This document shows positions 9,141 through 18,066 of a stretch of DNA of 64,000 nt, piece by piece. This DNA is from Mycobacteriales bacterium (lineage in GTDB: Bacteria; Actinomycetota; Actinomycetes; Mycobacteriales; SCTD01), in contig JBKJVH010000036.1 in NCBI GenBank assembly GCA_046590985.1, positions 11,325-75,324 of the forward strand. The letters are read 5' to 3'. How positions within the stretch are numbered: position 1 is the first letter of the stretch; each line of letters begins with the position of its first letter. The notes beneath the pieces were generated by a model, which saw nothing but the letters and a program-made list of their open reading frames with translations, searched no databases and was not told the DNA's origin. A program made the position numbers and the translations under genes.

Positions 9141-11709
9141 ACGCCTGGTCCTCCGGGACAGGCCGAGCGAACAGGTAGCCCTGCCCGTACTGGCAACCCA
9201 TCTCCACGAGCTGCTCGCGCTGCTCGGTGGTCTCGACCCCCTCGGCGATCGCGACGATCTCGAGCTGCTCTGCCAGCTTCAGGATGGTCGTGGCGACGGC
9301 CGATGCGGCCTTCGACGTGCCCAGATCGGCCACGAAGCTGCGGTCGATCTTGAGCCGCTGAACAGGCAGCCGCGTCAGGTAGGACAGCGAGGAGAAGCCC
9401 GTGCCGAAGTCGTCGATGCTGATGTCCGCGCCGGTCGCCGCCAGTTCGTTGAGGGTCTGCAGAACGGCCGCGGTGTTGTCCATCAGGGTGGACTCGGTGA
9501 GCTCCAGGCCGAGGGTCCACGGGGCCAGAACCTCGGTGGACTCCGCCACGAGGTCGAGCAGCCTCGACGAGGACAGCTGTTGAGCGGCGACGTTGACCGA
9601 CATCGTCAGGGCGTCGCCGCCGAGCTCGTCGCGCCAGCGCCGAGCGGTGTGGACCGCAGTGCTGAGAACCCACTCCCCGAGCGGGAGGATGAGGCCGGTT
9701 TCCTCGGCCAGCTGCAAGAAGACATCCGGGCCGAGCAGCCCACGCTCGGGGTGCTGCCATCGCACCAGCGCCTCGAACCCGACGATGCGGTTGCCGTCAC
9801 GCAGGTCAACCAGGGGCTGGTAGTAGACCCGGAACTGCCCCTCCGCGATCCCTTGCCGGATCTGGTTCTCCAGGTCGAGCCGGTCGAACGCCCGCTGGCG
9901 CATGTGGTCGCCGAACACCTCGAAGCTGTTGCCGCCTCGCTGCTTCGCTCGGTACATCGCGATGTCGGCATCGCGCAGCACGGCGGTGGCGGTCTGTCCG
10001 GCGGAGGCGGCGACGAGGCCGATGCTCGCGGCGGGTGCGATGATGCGACCTTCGAGCTCGACCGGCTCGGCGATGACCCGGAGGAGGGTCTGAGCGAGGT
10101 GCGCCATGGCGGCCTCATCACCCAGTCGGGTCGAGAGCACCACGAACTCGTCCCCGCCGAAGCGGGCCAGCAGATCCTCTTGTCCTATCGCGGCACGCAG
10201 CCGGCGGGCGATGCTGACGAGCAGTTCATCGCCCACGTCGTGGCCCAGCGAGTCATTGATGACCTTGAGCCGATCAAGGTCGAAGAACAGCACAGCAGGG
10301 GTGGGACCGCCGTGCGCGCAGCGGTCCAGCGCCTCGGTGAGACTCAGGAGCAGGTGCAACCGGTTGGGGAGCAGGGTGAGGGCATCGTGCTGCGCCTGGT
10401 GCGCGAGCCGCCCCAGCAAGCGGTGCCTGTCGACGGTGATGCCGACCAGGTGGCTGGCGCGTTCGACGACGGCCTCCACCCCGGCGCCGGGAAGGCCGGG
10501 CACGTTGCGATAGAGCGCGAACGAGCCCAGAGTCGCGCCGCTCGCCGGAGAGCTGATGGGGTAGGACCAGCAGCTCCGGACGTCGCACACCTCGGCGAGG
10601 GGGTACATCTGATTCCAGCGCTGGTCCGCGAAGATGTCGGCTACCAGTACGGGCGTCGACTCACCGACCGCCACGGCGCACGGTGACGCCAGCTCTCCGA
10701 TCGACATGCCGTCGACCCCGGCGCGGTAGGCATCGGGCATGGTCGGCGAGGCGGCGTCGCGGAGCACCCGGTGCGGGACCCCCGCCTCGGTGAGCAGGAT
10801 GGTGCAACGGGTGTCGGGGAGCTCTCGCTCCACCCAGTTCGCGACCTCGGTGAGCACGTCGTCGACGGGGGCCTCGTTCGCGATCAGCTCGAGCACGCGC
10901 GCGAGGTTGGCTTGCGCCCGCTCGGCCTCAACCGTCTCGGTCACGTCCCGCGCGGTGATCACCACGCCCCCGATGCTCGGTTCGTGGAGGAGGTTGTTGG
11001 CGCGGGCCTCGAAGTGCACCGCGTCCCCGTTGGCGCGGAGCACCCGCAACCGGACCTTCGCGGTGTCACCGGGGCGCTCCAAGATGGCCTCGAGGGCCAC
11101 CCGAGCCCTGTCCCGCTCCTCAGGGTGCACCAGCTCCAGCACGGAACGACCCTGCTGGCTGCCCTCGTCGTGACCCAGGATGCGGGACGAGGAGGGACTG
11201 GCGTACTTCAGCGTGAGGTCCTGGTCGACGAGCAGGACGAGGTCTGACATGTGCAGCAGCAGCGCCCGGTGCAGCTCCTCGCTGCGCTGCAAGGCGCGAG
11301 TGGCGGTGGCCGCTTCGACGTTCGCGGCTCGCAGCTCACGCAGGTCTCGTTGGATGGTGGCCATCGCGACCGGAACCTTGGTGCGCGGGTCGACGAGCAC
11401 GAAGGACGTGACCAGGACGGGGATGGGGCCGCCGCCCCGCCAGTCGCGGAGCGTCGACTCGCCGGTCCAGAAGCCGTCCCGGACGACCGCTGGCTGCTCC
11501 ACCTCGAAGCTGGCGGCGAGGCCTTCCTCGGTGAGGTAGTCCGAGATGGCCGTCTCGGTGACGTCATGGTCGGGGTCGATGCCCACAAGGGCTCGACCGG
11601 CCGCGTTGAGGAACTCGACCTTGCCCTCGATGCTGGCCACGGCGATGAAGTCGGGGTTGGCAAGCACGAGCGCCTCGAAACGTCGAAGCTGCTCTTCGTC
11701 CTCGAGCAC
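9109..11709 (-). CDS. PAS-PAS-GAF-GGDEF-EAL signalling protein
   Basis: GGDEF (RFGGDEFVV), EAL (FEALVRW, DDFGTGFSS, LKIDRSF, AEGVET), and PAS-like and GAF-like regions N-terminally. Start set at GTG 11709 (GGAAGGG lies upstream). The track ORF extends to 11934 through a low-quality, Arg/Pro-rich extension. Confidence 0.85.
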   Translation of the reverse strand: MLEDEEQLRRFEALVLANPDFIAVASIEGKVEFLNAAGRALVGIDPDHDVTETAISDYLTEEGLAASFEVEQPAVVRDGFWTGESTLRDWRGGGPIPVLVTSFVLVDPRTKVPVAMATIQRDLRELRAANVEAATATRALQRSEELHRALLLHMSDLVLLVDQDLTLKYASPSSSRILGHDEGSQQGRSVLELVHPEERDRARVALEAILERPGDTAKVRLRVLRANGDAVHFEARANNLLHEPSIGGVVITARDVTETVEAERAQANLARVLELIANEAPVDDVLTEVANWVERELPDTRCTILLTEAGVPHRVLRDAASPTMPDAYRAGVDGMSIGELASPCAVAVGESTPVLVADIFADQRWNQMYPLAEVCDVRSCWSYPISSPASGATLGSFALYRNVPGLPGAGVEAVVERASHLVGITVDRHRLLGRLAHQAQHDALTLLPNRLHLLLSLTEALDRCAHGGPTPAVLFFDLDRLKVINDSLGHDVGDELLVSIARRLRAAIGQEDLLARFGGDEFVVLSTRLGDEAAMAHLAQTLLRVIAEPVELEGRIIAPAASIGLVAASAGQTATAVLRDADIAMYRAKQRGGNSFEVFGDHMRQRAFDRLDLENQIRQGIAEGQFRVYYQPLVDLRDGNRIVGFEALVRWQHPERGLLGPDVFLQLAEETGLILPLGEWVLSTAVHTARRWRDELGGDALTMSVNVAAQQLSSSRLLDLVAESTEVLAPWTLGLELTESTLMDNTAAVLQTLNELAATGADISIDDFGTGFSSLSYLTRLPVQRLKIDRSFVADLGTSKAASAVATTILKLAEQLEIVAIAEGVETTEQREQLVEMGCQYGQGYLFARPVPEDQAFTLLQGQSLG

Positions 11710-11954
11710 GTGTCCGCCCTTCCGGTCAGCGGCGCTGAGTGCATTGTGCCCCGAAAGGTGGACGATCGTGCTCCGACGACAAACCCTGGCTCGTCGGACA
11801 GCATCCGGTTCCGCTCCGGGTGCTCCAGGTGAAGACCGGCTCGCGTCGGGAAGCATCACGGCTGCGCGACCCGGGTCGGGGAGCTCGTCCGGAGCTTCCA
11901 CGGAGCTGCACCACGTTCTACCCTTCTGCGGCATGTCCGGTTTAGGCTCCGGAC

Positions 11955-12920
11955 GTGGTCGACGACTTCGTGATCGCGCTCAACCCTGATCCGGACTCCG
12001 CGCTGCCCTACCTGCTGCGGCTGCCGCTTCCCGGCAGAGCGGTGGTGCTGAAGGCACGGGAGACCTGGCCGCGGACGAGCAAGGTCTACTGCCACCGGGC
12101 GGAGGGCTGGCCGGAGGACGCCGAGATCGTCGAGCGCGTACCGGTGAAGCAGTGCACAGCCCGTGGGCCGGCCGTGGACCTGGTGCTCGACCGGGGCAGG
12201 GAGAACCGCAGCCAGCTGGTGTTCACGCGGCTCAAGGGAGGTCGCGAGGCGATCTTCTGGCAGACCGCGCGGACGAACCAGAAGGCCCGGCCGGGGGTGC
12301 GTACCCCCACCGCAAGGGCCAGCGGGATGACCGAGCTCGAGATCGTCGTGGACGGCCGCGAGCGGTACGCCTATCAGTTCGCTAGCCAGCAGGCCACGAC
12401 AGTGAAGGGCTCGCTGGCGTGCGGGGACTACGGCGTCCGCCGCGATGGCCGGCTCGTCGGCGTGGTCGAGCGCAAGTCGCTGGAGGACCTGACCCGGTCG
12501 CTGGTGGACGGCCGGATGGGCGCGCAGTGCGCGGAGCTGGCGACCGTCGAGCACGCCGCCGTCGTCATTGAGGAGCGCTGGTCCAAGGTGTTCTCGCTGA
12601 CCTACGTGAAGCCGTCGTTTGTCGCGGACCTGCTGGCGCGGGTGCAGGTGCGCTGGCCGACGGTGCCGATCTTCTTCGCCGAGACCCGGCCGCTGGCGGA
12701 GGAGTGGACGTTCCGGTTCCTCGGGGCGGCGTACGCCGAGAGTCTCGGTCACGAGCAGGTCAGCGAGCGGTTGGCGGCGTTGGTGCCGGCTCCGGAGCTA
12801 GCGGCAGCACCGCCGACGCCGGCCGTCATCCGCGCCTGGGCGCAGGAACACGGGCTCGGGCTGGCCGACCGCGGCCGGATCCCGGCGGGGGTCGTGCAGG
12901 CGTTCCGCGACGCGCACTGA
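11955..12920 (+). CDS. ERCC4-type nuclease fused to an Lsr2-like C-terminal DNA-binding domain
   Basis: 321 aa. ERCC4 signature: VVDGRE...CGDYGV...VVERKSLEDLTRSLVDGRMGAQ. The C-terminus VIRAWAQEHGLGLADRGRIPAGVVQAFRDAH resembles the Lsr2 DNA-binding domain, including the RGR motif. About 125 N-terminal aa are unassigned. Confidence 0.8.
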   Translation: MVDDFVIALNPDPDSALPYLLRLPLPGRAVVLKARETWPRTSKVYCHRAEGWPEDAEIVERVPVKQCTARGPAVDLVLDRGRENRSQLVFTRLKGGREAIFWQTARTNQKARPGVRTPTARASGMTELEIVVDGRERYAYQFASQQATTVKGSLACGDYGVRRDGRLVGVVERKSLEDLTRSLVDGRMGAQCAELATVEHAAVVIEERWSKVFSLTYVKPSFVADLLARVQVRWPTVPIFFAETRPLAEEWTFRFLGAAYAESLGHEQVSERLAALVPAPELAAAPPTPAVIRAWAQEHGLGLADRGRIPAGVVQAFRDAH

Positions 12921-13006
12921 GCCATCCACAGGTTGCGAAGCAGCCGGTCTCGGGGCTGCGTTCCTGGCAGGGTTGGGGCACGCCTTCATCACACCCCTGT
13001 TGCACG

Positions 13007-13035
13007 ATGATGCACGTAGGTCAGCATCATGATGC
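13007..13035. promoter_or_regulatory. candidate vapBC operator (palindrome)
   Basis: ATGATGC-N10-GCATCAT, with a perfect 12-bp palindrome GCATCATGATGC at 13024-13035. It ends 13 nt upstream of the RHH antitoxin start. Confidence 0.4.
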
Positions 13036-13047
13036 TACCTTCGAAAC

Positions 13048-13281
13048 ATGCGTACGACGGTGACTCTCGCGGACGATGTGGCGGCGGCGGTGGAGCAGCT
13101 CCGCCGAGAGAGGGGCACCGGCGTCAGTGACGCCGTGAACGAACTCGTCCGGCGGGGACTGGCTGGATCGCCCGCCCGCAAGCAGTTTCGGCAGCAGACC
13201 AGCGCGATGGGGGAGTCGACCGTCGGCCTCGATGACATCGCCGGCCTTCTCGAGACCCTCGACGGTCCGGAGGCCCGGTGA
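13048..13281 (+). CDS. vapB: ribbon-helix-helix (CopG/VapB-type) antitoxin
   Basis: 77 aa. The N-terminal MRTTVTLADDVAAAVEQLRRERGTGVSDAVNELVRRGL is a typical RHH. There is a 4-nt overlap (GTGA) with the downstream PIN gene. Confidence 0.8.
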   Translation: MRTTVTLADDVAAAVEQLRRERGTGVSDAVNELVRRGLAGSPARKQFRQQTSAMGESTVGLDDIAGLLETLDGPEAR

Positions 13282-13712
13282 TCCTCGACGCCAACCTGCT
13301 GCTGTACGCCCGCAACGCCGACGACCCTCGACATGATGCGGCCCGGGCGTTCGTCGAGGAGGTCCTGAACGGTCCGCACCGGGTGGGCCTGCCCTGGCAG
13401 ACGCTGACGGCGTTCCTGCGCATCGCCACCCACCCTCGCGTGTTCACCAAGCCGCTGGCCGCCGATGCCGCCGCGGCCCAGGTCGAGGCGTGGCTGGCAG
13501 CTCCGGCCGCCTGGGTGCCCACCCCAGGCCCCGACCACGGGCTCATCCTGCTGCGGCTGGTGCGCGAGGGTCGGGTCACCGGAGCACATGTGAGTGACGC
13601 CCACCTTGCGGCGCTGGCGTTGGAGCACGGGGTGGGCATCTGGTCGACCGACGCCGACTTCGCGCGCTTCTCCGGGCTGCGCTGGGAGGACCCGCTGAGG
13701 CGGAGCGCATGA
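13278..13712 (+). CDS. vapC: PIN-domain ribonuclease toxin (VapC family)
   Basis: 144 aa. It has MILDANLLLYA (first acidic residue), a later HVSDAHLAALA, and WSTDADFARF (C-terminal TxDxDF-like motif). Confidence 0.85.
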   Translation: MILDANLLLYARNADDPRHDAARAFVEEVLNGPHRVGLPWQTLTAFLRIATHPRVFTKPLAADAAAAQVEAWLAAPAAWVPTPGPDHGLILLRLVREGRVTGAHVSDAHLAALALEHGVGIWSTDADFARFSGLRWEDPLRRSA

Positions 13713-13857
13713 CCAACAAGCTCGAGCCCTACCGCTGAACGGTATTGGGCCCAACCCTCGATGACGGCCGAACGGAGCAGTTGGGAGGGCAACGGTCGCG
13801 CGCTGCTGGGGGAGCTGCCGGACTTCCGGTCTTCGGGCTCTGGTGGGGCTGAGGGAC

Positions 13858-16281
13858 TCAGAGCCCGAGCAGGCCGCGCAGCCGACGGCTGCTCATCGCG
13901 CCTGGTTGCTCGTCGTCGCCGAAGTCGTCGAGCAGGGCGAGCAGGTCGCGTTTTCCGCGGGGGTCCTGCAGGGACTGGCGCGGTGTGAGACCGCCCAGGG
14001 CTGGGATCTCGGTGTCCACCCACTCCTGCTCGTGCTTGACGATGAAGGCCTCGAGCGCCTCGAGCATCTCCGGGGACTGCTCTTCGGGGCGCGGGGCGAG
14101 CGGTCGATCGCGACCGGCGAGCTCAGAGCCTGGAAGGAACTCCGACGTCACCAGCCGGGCCGTCGGCAGGACCCGCTGCACGAGCGCGGCGGCTTGGTCC
14201 CAGGTCTCGCGGGCCATCGTGGAGGCCGTCAGCTCGCTGCCGTCGAGGTCGAACTTCGCCAGGATGGAGTCGCCGTCCTTCAGGAGGAGCTCGTCGTCCC
14301 CGAGCTCGGCGGCGAGGGCCCGCTGTGCGGCCGCGGGATCGGGCACGCTCCAGGCCCCGGTGCACAACACGAGGGGGTACCCCTGCTTGGTGCGCATCTC
14401 CGGTGGGGCGGAGGCTTGCCGCAACCAGTCGATGGCGACGGCTTCGGGGGACTCGGACGCCCGCAGCGCCGCCGCGAGCTGGGGACGCTGCCCCCGCGGG
14501 ACGCCGATGAGGCTGCTGAACAAGAAGCCGTCGCCGCCGTCGGGCAGCACCCTGGCGAGGAGCACGTCGCCCACCGACAGCTGGGTTGACCCCAACCTTT
14601 CATGGACGAACACCTCGTGGTCGTCGTCCATGTCCCGCAGCTGGACTCCGCGGTGAGGCTTCACGTTGGTGACCTCCCAGAGGGCAAGCGGGGTGGTCAG
14701 CCACCGCTGCAGCAGGTCGGCCTCGTCGGGGGGCAACGCCGGACCCCGGCGCGTCGCGAAGTCATGGATGAGCTCGTCGCCCCAGAGCATGAGGTCGTGG
14801 GTGAAGGGGTCGCCCTGCGCCCTGGCCACCCACTCCGCGGGCTCGTTCGGTGCCAGCTCGGCGACCAGGTCGAACAGCTCCTTCCGGTGGGTAGGTAGCA
14901 GTAGCCACTGGCTCAGCTTCGCCCACAGCCAACGTGCACGGTCCTCGAGCGGGTGCTGCGCTTTGGCGAGGCAGCAGGCCTTGTGCTTCTTGCCGGAGCC
15001 ACACGGGCACGGCGCGTTGCGGCTCGTTCCGGTCGTCGGGGGTTCGGCCCAGCGGCGCAGTCGCAGCACGTCGGGGTCGTTGGCCGGGATCCCTGCCTTG
15101 CGCTGCAGGTCCAGGGCAGTACGGGCGTCGCCCCGGTCTTCGGCATACCGGGCAGCGAGCAGGAGCGGAAACGGATCTGCCGGCGACGCCCGGACCGCTC
15201 GGGATGCCAGCTCGTCGGCCTCGTCCACCTTCCCGTGCTCCTCTGCGTGGAGTGCCAGCGCTGCGAGGACGGCAGCCTTCGCAGCCCCGTCAGCCAGGGG
15301 GACGAGCGCGGTGAACAGCGGGTCGACGGCATGCAGCTCGCCGGTGCTCTGCAGGTACGCACACAGTGCCGCACCCGCGCGGGCGCGTCCCAAGGGTGCC
15401 GCGAGCCTGCCCAGCTGGATCGCGCCGGGTACCTCCGCACCGTCTGCGACCTGCCACATCGCGGGCAGCAGGTCGCGCACTCCCTGTGCGGCGGGGCTAT
15501 CGAGGTGGAAGGCCGAGAGCAGCGACTCGAGCTCGACGTCTTCGTCGTCCTCATCGAGGTCGTTCCAGTCCCAGGGGGTCCAGTCGGTGCCGGGCAGGCC
15601 GACGAGGGATCCCAGGACCTCCAAGGGCTGCAGGCGCTCCGGGAGCGAAAGCCCAGGCCGCGTGAAGGCTTGCGGGTGGTCGTGGAGGAAGGCAAGAACC
15701 CGGTCGGACAGTCCGACGACCTCGCTGCGCGACGTAGTCCGGGCGAGCAGCTCGAGGTCGTGCCGTACCCGGTCGACGAGGAGCTCATCGAGCTCAGGTT
15801 CCAGGTCCGGTTCCCCCACCACCGCGAAGTGGAGGTGGTCTCCGTCCCGGCTCACGGCCATCAGGTCGCCTGCGTTCCACCCGTTTAGCCAGCCCCGGTC
15901 GCCCGTCACGGAGCGCCGCTTCCAGCCCACCTCCCGGCGGGTTCGCACAGCGCCGAGGTTGCTGCTGAGGTCGGCGTCGAACCCGACGGTCAAAGGGCTC
16001 AGGTCGGGCAGGGTGTCGAGCTCTTCGCGGTCCAGCTCGTCCTGCGACAACCGGTGCGTGAAGACACGCCCTCGGACGAGGGCGACGGAACTCGCCCAGC
16101 GTCCGTCGGTCAAGTGGGTGAACTGCTGCCTGTGGGCGACCGTCTCCCGGACGACCTCCTTCGGCTTCTTGGCCTTGGTCGCTCCGGCGGCGACGAGGAG
16201 GTCGGTGAGCTCATCGAGGGCCAGCGGACCCCGTTCGAGGAGGAGGGCGAGGGCCTGATCGGCGATGGTGGGTCGAGCCAT
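13858..16281 (-). CDS. large SEC-C motif protein (wHTH-like head, beta-rich domain, TPR-like repeats, SEC-C zinc knuckle, MbcA/ParS-like C-terminus)
   Basis: 807 aa. SEC-C motif CPCGSGKKHKACC. Helical repeats lie around 330-440. The C-terminus WVDTEIPALGGLTPRQSLQDPRGKRDLLALLDDF resembles a DUF2384-like toxin-binding domain. The N-terminal ~170 aa are similar to the protein at 17142-18044. Confidence 0.8.
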   Translation of the reverse strand: MARPTIADQALALLLERGPLALDELTDLLVAAGATKAKKPKEVVRETVAHRQQFTHLTDGRWASSVALVRGRVFTHRLSQDELDREELDTLPDLSPLTVGFDADLSSNLGAVRTRREVGWKRRSVTGDRGWLNGWNAGDLMAVSRDGDHLHFAVVGEPDLEPELDELLVDRVRHDLELLARTTSRSEVVGLSDRVLAFLHDHPQAFTRPGLSLPERLQPLEVLGSLVGLPGTDWTPWDWNDLDEDDEDVELESLLSAFHLDSPAAQGVRDLLPAMWQVADGAEVPGAIQLGRLAAPLGRARAGAALCAYLQSTGELHAVDPLFTALVPLADGAAKAAVLAALALHAEEHGKVDEADELASRAVRASPADPFPLLLAARYAEDRGDARTALDLQRKAGIPANDPDVLRLRRWAEPPTTGTSRNAPCPCGSGKKHKACCLAKAQHPLEDRARWLWAKLSQWLLLPTHRKELFDLVAELAPNEPAEWVARAQGDPFTHDLMLWGDELIHDFATRRGPALPPDEADLLQRWLTTPLALWEVTNVKPHRGVQLRDMDDDHEVFVHERLGSTQLSVGDVLLARVLPDGGDGFLFSSLIGVPRGQRPQLAAALRASESPEAVAIDWLRQASAPPEMRTKQGYPLVLCTGAWSVPDPAAAQRALAAELGDDELLLKDGDSILAKFDLDGSELTASTMARETWDQAAALVQRVLPTARLVTSEFLPGSELAGRDRPLAPRPEEQSPEMLEALEAFIVKHEQEWVDTEIPALGGLTPRQSLQDPRGKRDLLALLDDFGDDEQPGAMSSRRLRGLLGL

Positions 16282-16303
16282 GCGCGCACTCTAGGTCTCG
16301 CGC

Positions 16304-16705
16304 TCACACGCGATGGACCACGACGCGGGCCGCGTCGCACAGCGCAGGCAGGTCCGTCAGAACGGTCACGCCGCCCGCCGCCTCCCTGGCGACCTGGGCC
16401 ACGCACGCGTCGGTGACGGAACCGGCGATGCGCCGCAGCTCGACGGCGCGGTCAGCGCGCGTGGAGTCCAACGGCACGTCCGCGATCCGCAGCCGCGCAA
16501 GGCTGGCGGTCGACGGCGCCCGCCGGTCAACACCGGCCTCGACCCGCACCACGGTCGGCACCCGAACGGTCACGCTGGCGACACGACGGCGGTTCCGGGT
16601 CGAGGTGGCCTCCAGGAAGGCCAGCACCGCTCGGTGCTTCCCGTGGTGGACGTCGGCGAGGGCCTGGAGCGCCTCGTTGTCGAGAACGATCACCTGGCCC
16701 GTCAC
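16304..16705 (-). CDS. PIN-like nuclease (putative toxin component)
   Basis: 133 aa. The acidic residue pattern is compatible with PIN: VIVLDNEAL, VRVEAG, SVTDAC, VTVLTD. There is a 4-nt overlap with the upstream gene. Confidence 0.6.
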   Translation of the reverse strand: MTGQVIVLDNEALQALADVHHGKHRAVLAFLEATSTRNRRRVASVTVRVPTVVRVEAGVDRRAPSTASLARLRIADVPLDSTRADRAVELRRIAGSVTDACVAQVAREAAGGVTVLTDLPALCDAARVVVHRV

Positions 16706-17115
16706 GCCGTGGCACGGCCTTCGCCGACGAGCAGGCTCGTGGCCCAGAGCAGGACCTCCTCACCGTCGGGAACGGCCTTGTACGCGCGCACCTCCCGCTC
16801 CGCCTGCTCGAGCAGGTCGACCCGGTCGACCAGCGGACTGCGGTCCAGCACTGCCAAGGCTCGGGCGACCTCGGCAAGAGTCGGCCGGCTGCCAGGGTGC
16901 TGGGCGTAGTGCTCGTCGAGCGCCAGCCGCTGCGCGAACGCGTCGAGCAGCGCGCGGAGTGCCTGGTTGGTGGCGTCGTTGGCGTTCGGCGCGAGACCGA
17001 GCTCGATGCCGATCTGGAGCGCCGTGCGCAACGAGGTGGGCTGACGCACCGAGGTGGTGGTCGTGGGGGCATCGACGTCGTCGAGGGCCACGATGAGGTC
17101 GTCGAGGGTTACCAT
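16702..17115 (-). CDS. helical acidic protein, putative antitoxin/partner of the PIN-like protein
   Basis: 137 aa from ATG 17115, with GGAGGTGG 5 nt upstream. The track ORF (to 17382) over-extends into the upstream gene. No family recognised. Confidence 0.55.
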   Translation of the reverse strand: MVTLDDLIVALDDVDAPTTTTSVRQPTSLRTALQIGIELGLAPNANDATNQALRALLDAFAQRLALDEHYAQHPGSRPTLAEVARALAVLDRSPLVDRVDLLEQAEREVRAYKAVPDGEEVLLWATSLLVGEGRATA

Positions 17116-17141
17116 GTCCACCTCCTGTACCACAGAGTGTA

Positions 17142-18044
17142 CTACTTCCAGTCGGCGAGGCTCACGACGTCGCTGTCGTACGGCTCGTCGTCGTAGAAGT
17201 CGTAGCGCCCGTACTCGTAGCGGGAAGCGGGCGGCCGTAGCCGGTCGGTGGCAGCGCTCAGGAGCATGCTGGCGTAGTCGGGCAGGTTGTCCCCGAGCAG
17301 GTACGCGCGGCGTTCGAGCTCCTCGTGCACCCGGGCCGGGACCGTCAGCGTCACGCGTCGCCCGTCCGTGCCGTGCTCCCACAGGAGCGGGTCCGAGAGC
17401 ATCTCGTTGCTGAGAGGCAACAGCTCGGTCAGCGGAGGGAGCGGTAGCGACAGCAGGTGTGGGTTCTCCTGCAAGGCGCTGAGCACGACCCGCGTCCAGT
17501 GCCCTGCGTGCTGAGGACCCCGCTGAGCCAGCGCGTGCAGGCGAAGCAGCAGCAGCACCTCCTGGACCGCCGGATCGTTCGGCGTCGGGACGTCAGCGAG
17601 CGCGGTCACCGAGAGCCCTGTGCCGTCCCAGCTGAACGCGAGCAGCTCGCTACGGGCCACGTCGGGCAGCCAGCCGTCCGGGCCGACGAGCGTCGCGATC
17701 TCGAAGGAGCCACGCCGGGCGAACCCGCCGCCGGTGAGCGGGATGCCGGCCGGCGTGTGCAGCAGGTCGAACGGCTCGAGGTCCCGGTGCACCCAGACCC
17801 GGCTGTCGCGGAGCAGACTCCGTGGGCGGGTGGTCAGCACCGCGCCGACCAGCCGGCGGCTCCGGACGTCCCATCTCCCGTCGGGCAGCTTCTCGGTGCC
17901 CCCACAGGCCAGCAGGGTGTTGACGATGCTCTTGGTGGTCTTCGCGGTCGAGCGGCCGGTGCGCACGAGCTCCTGATGGATCTCGGCTTCACTGCACGGG
18001 CCGTGCTGGCGGAGGTGGTCGAGGATGGTGTCGGAAAGGTTCAT
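17142..18044 (-). CDS. hypothetical protein with wHTH-like N-terminus, paralogous to the N-terminus of the SEC-C protein
   Basis: 300 aa. MNLSDTILDHLRQHGPCSEAEIHQELVRTGRSTAKT...LPDGRW aligns by eye with ALALLLERGPLALDELTDLLVAAGATKAKK...LTDGRW of the 807-aa protein. Confidence 0.65.
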   Translation of the reverse strand: MNLSDTILDHLRQHGPCSEAEIHQELVRTGRSTAKTTKSIVNTLLACGGTEKLPDGRWDVRSRRLVGAVLTTRPRSLLRDSRVWVHRDLEPFDLLHTPAGIPLTGGGFARRGSFEIATLVGPDGWLPDVARSELLAFSWDGTGLSVTALADVPTPNDPAVQEVLLLLRLHALAQRGPQHAGHWTRVVLSALQENPHLLSLPLPPLTELLPLSNEMLSDPLLWEHGTDGRRVTLTVPARVHEELERRAYLLGDNLPDYASMLLSAATDRLRPPASRYEYGRYDFYDDEPYDSDVVSLADWK

Positions 18045-18066
18045 GCGAGCACTCTGCGCGAGGTTG

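Noticed and set aside
9109-11934. Full 941-aa version of the PAS-GAF-GGDEF-EAL ORF, leaving only 20 nt to the divergent ERCC4-Lsr2 gene
   Set aside because: The first 75 codons are Arg/Pro/Ser-rich and lie in a comparatively AT-richer stretch containing inverted repeats. GTG 11709, preceded by GGAAGGG and directly before the first PAS domain, is a more plausible start.
16702-17382. 226-aa version of the PIN-partner ORF
   Set aside because: The N-terminal 89 codons are Arg-rich and overlap the 3' end of the upstream gene. An internal ATG at 17115 with a GGAGG RBS gives a compact 137-aa product.
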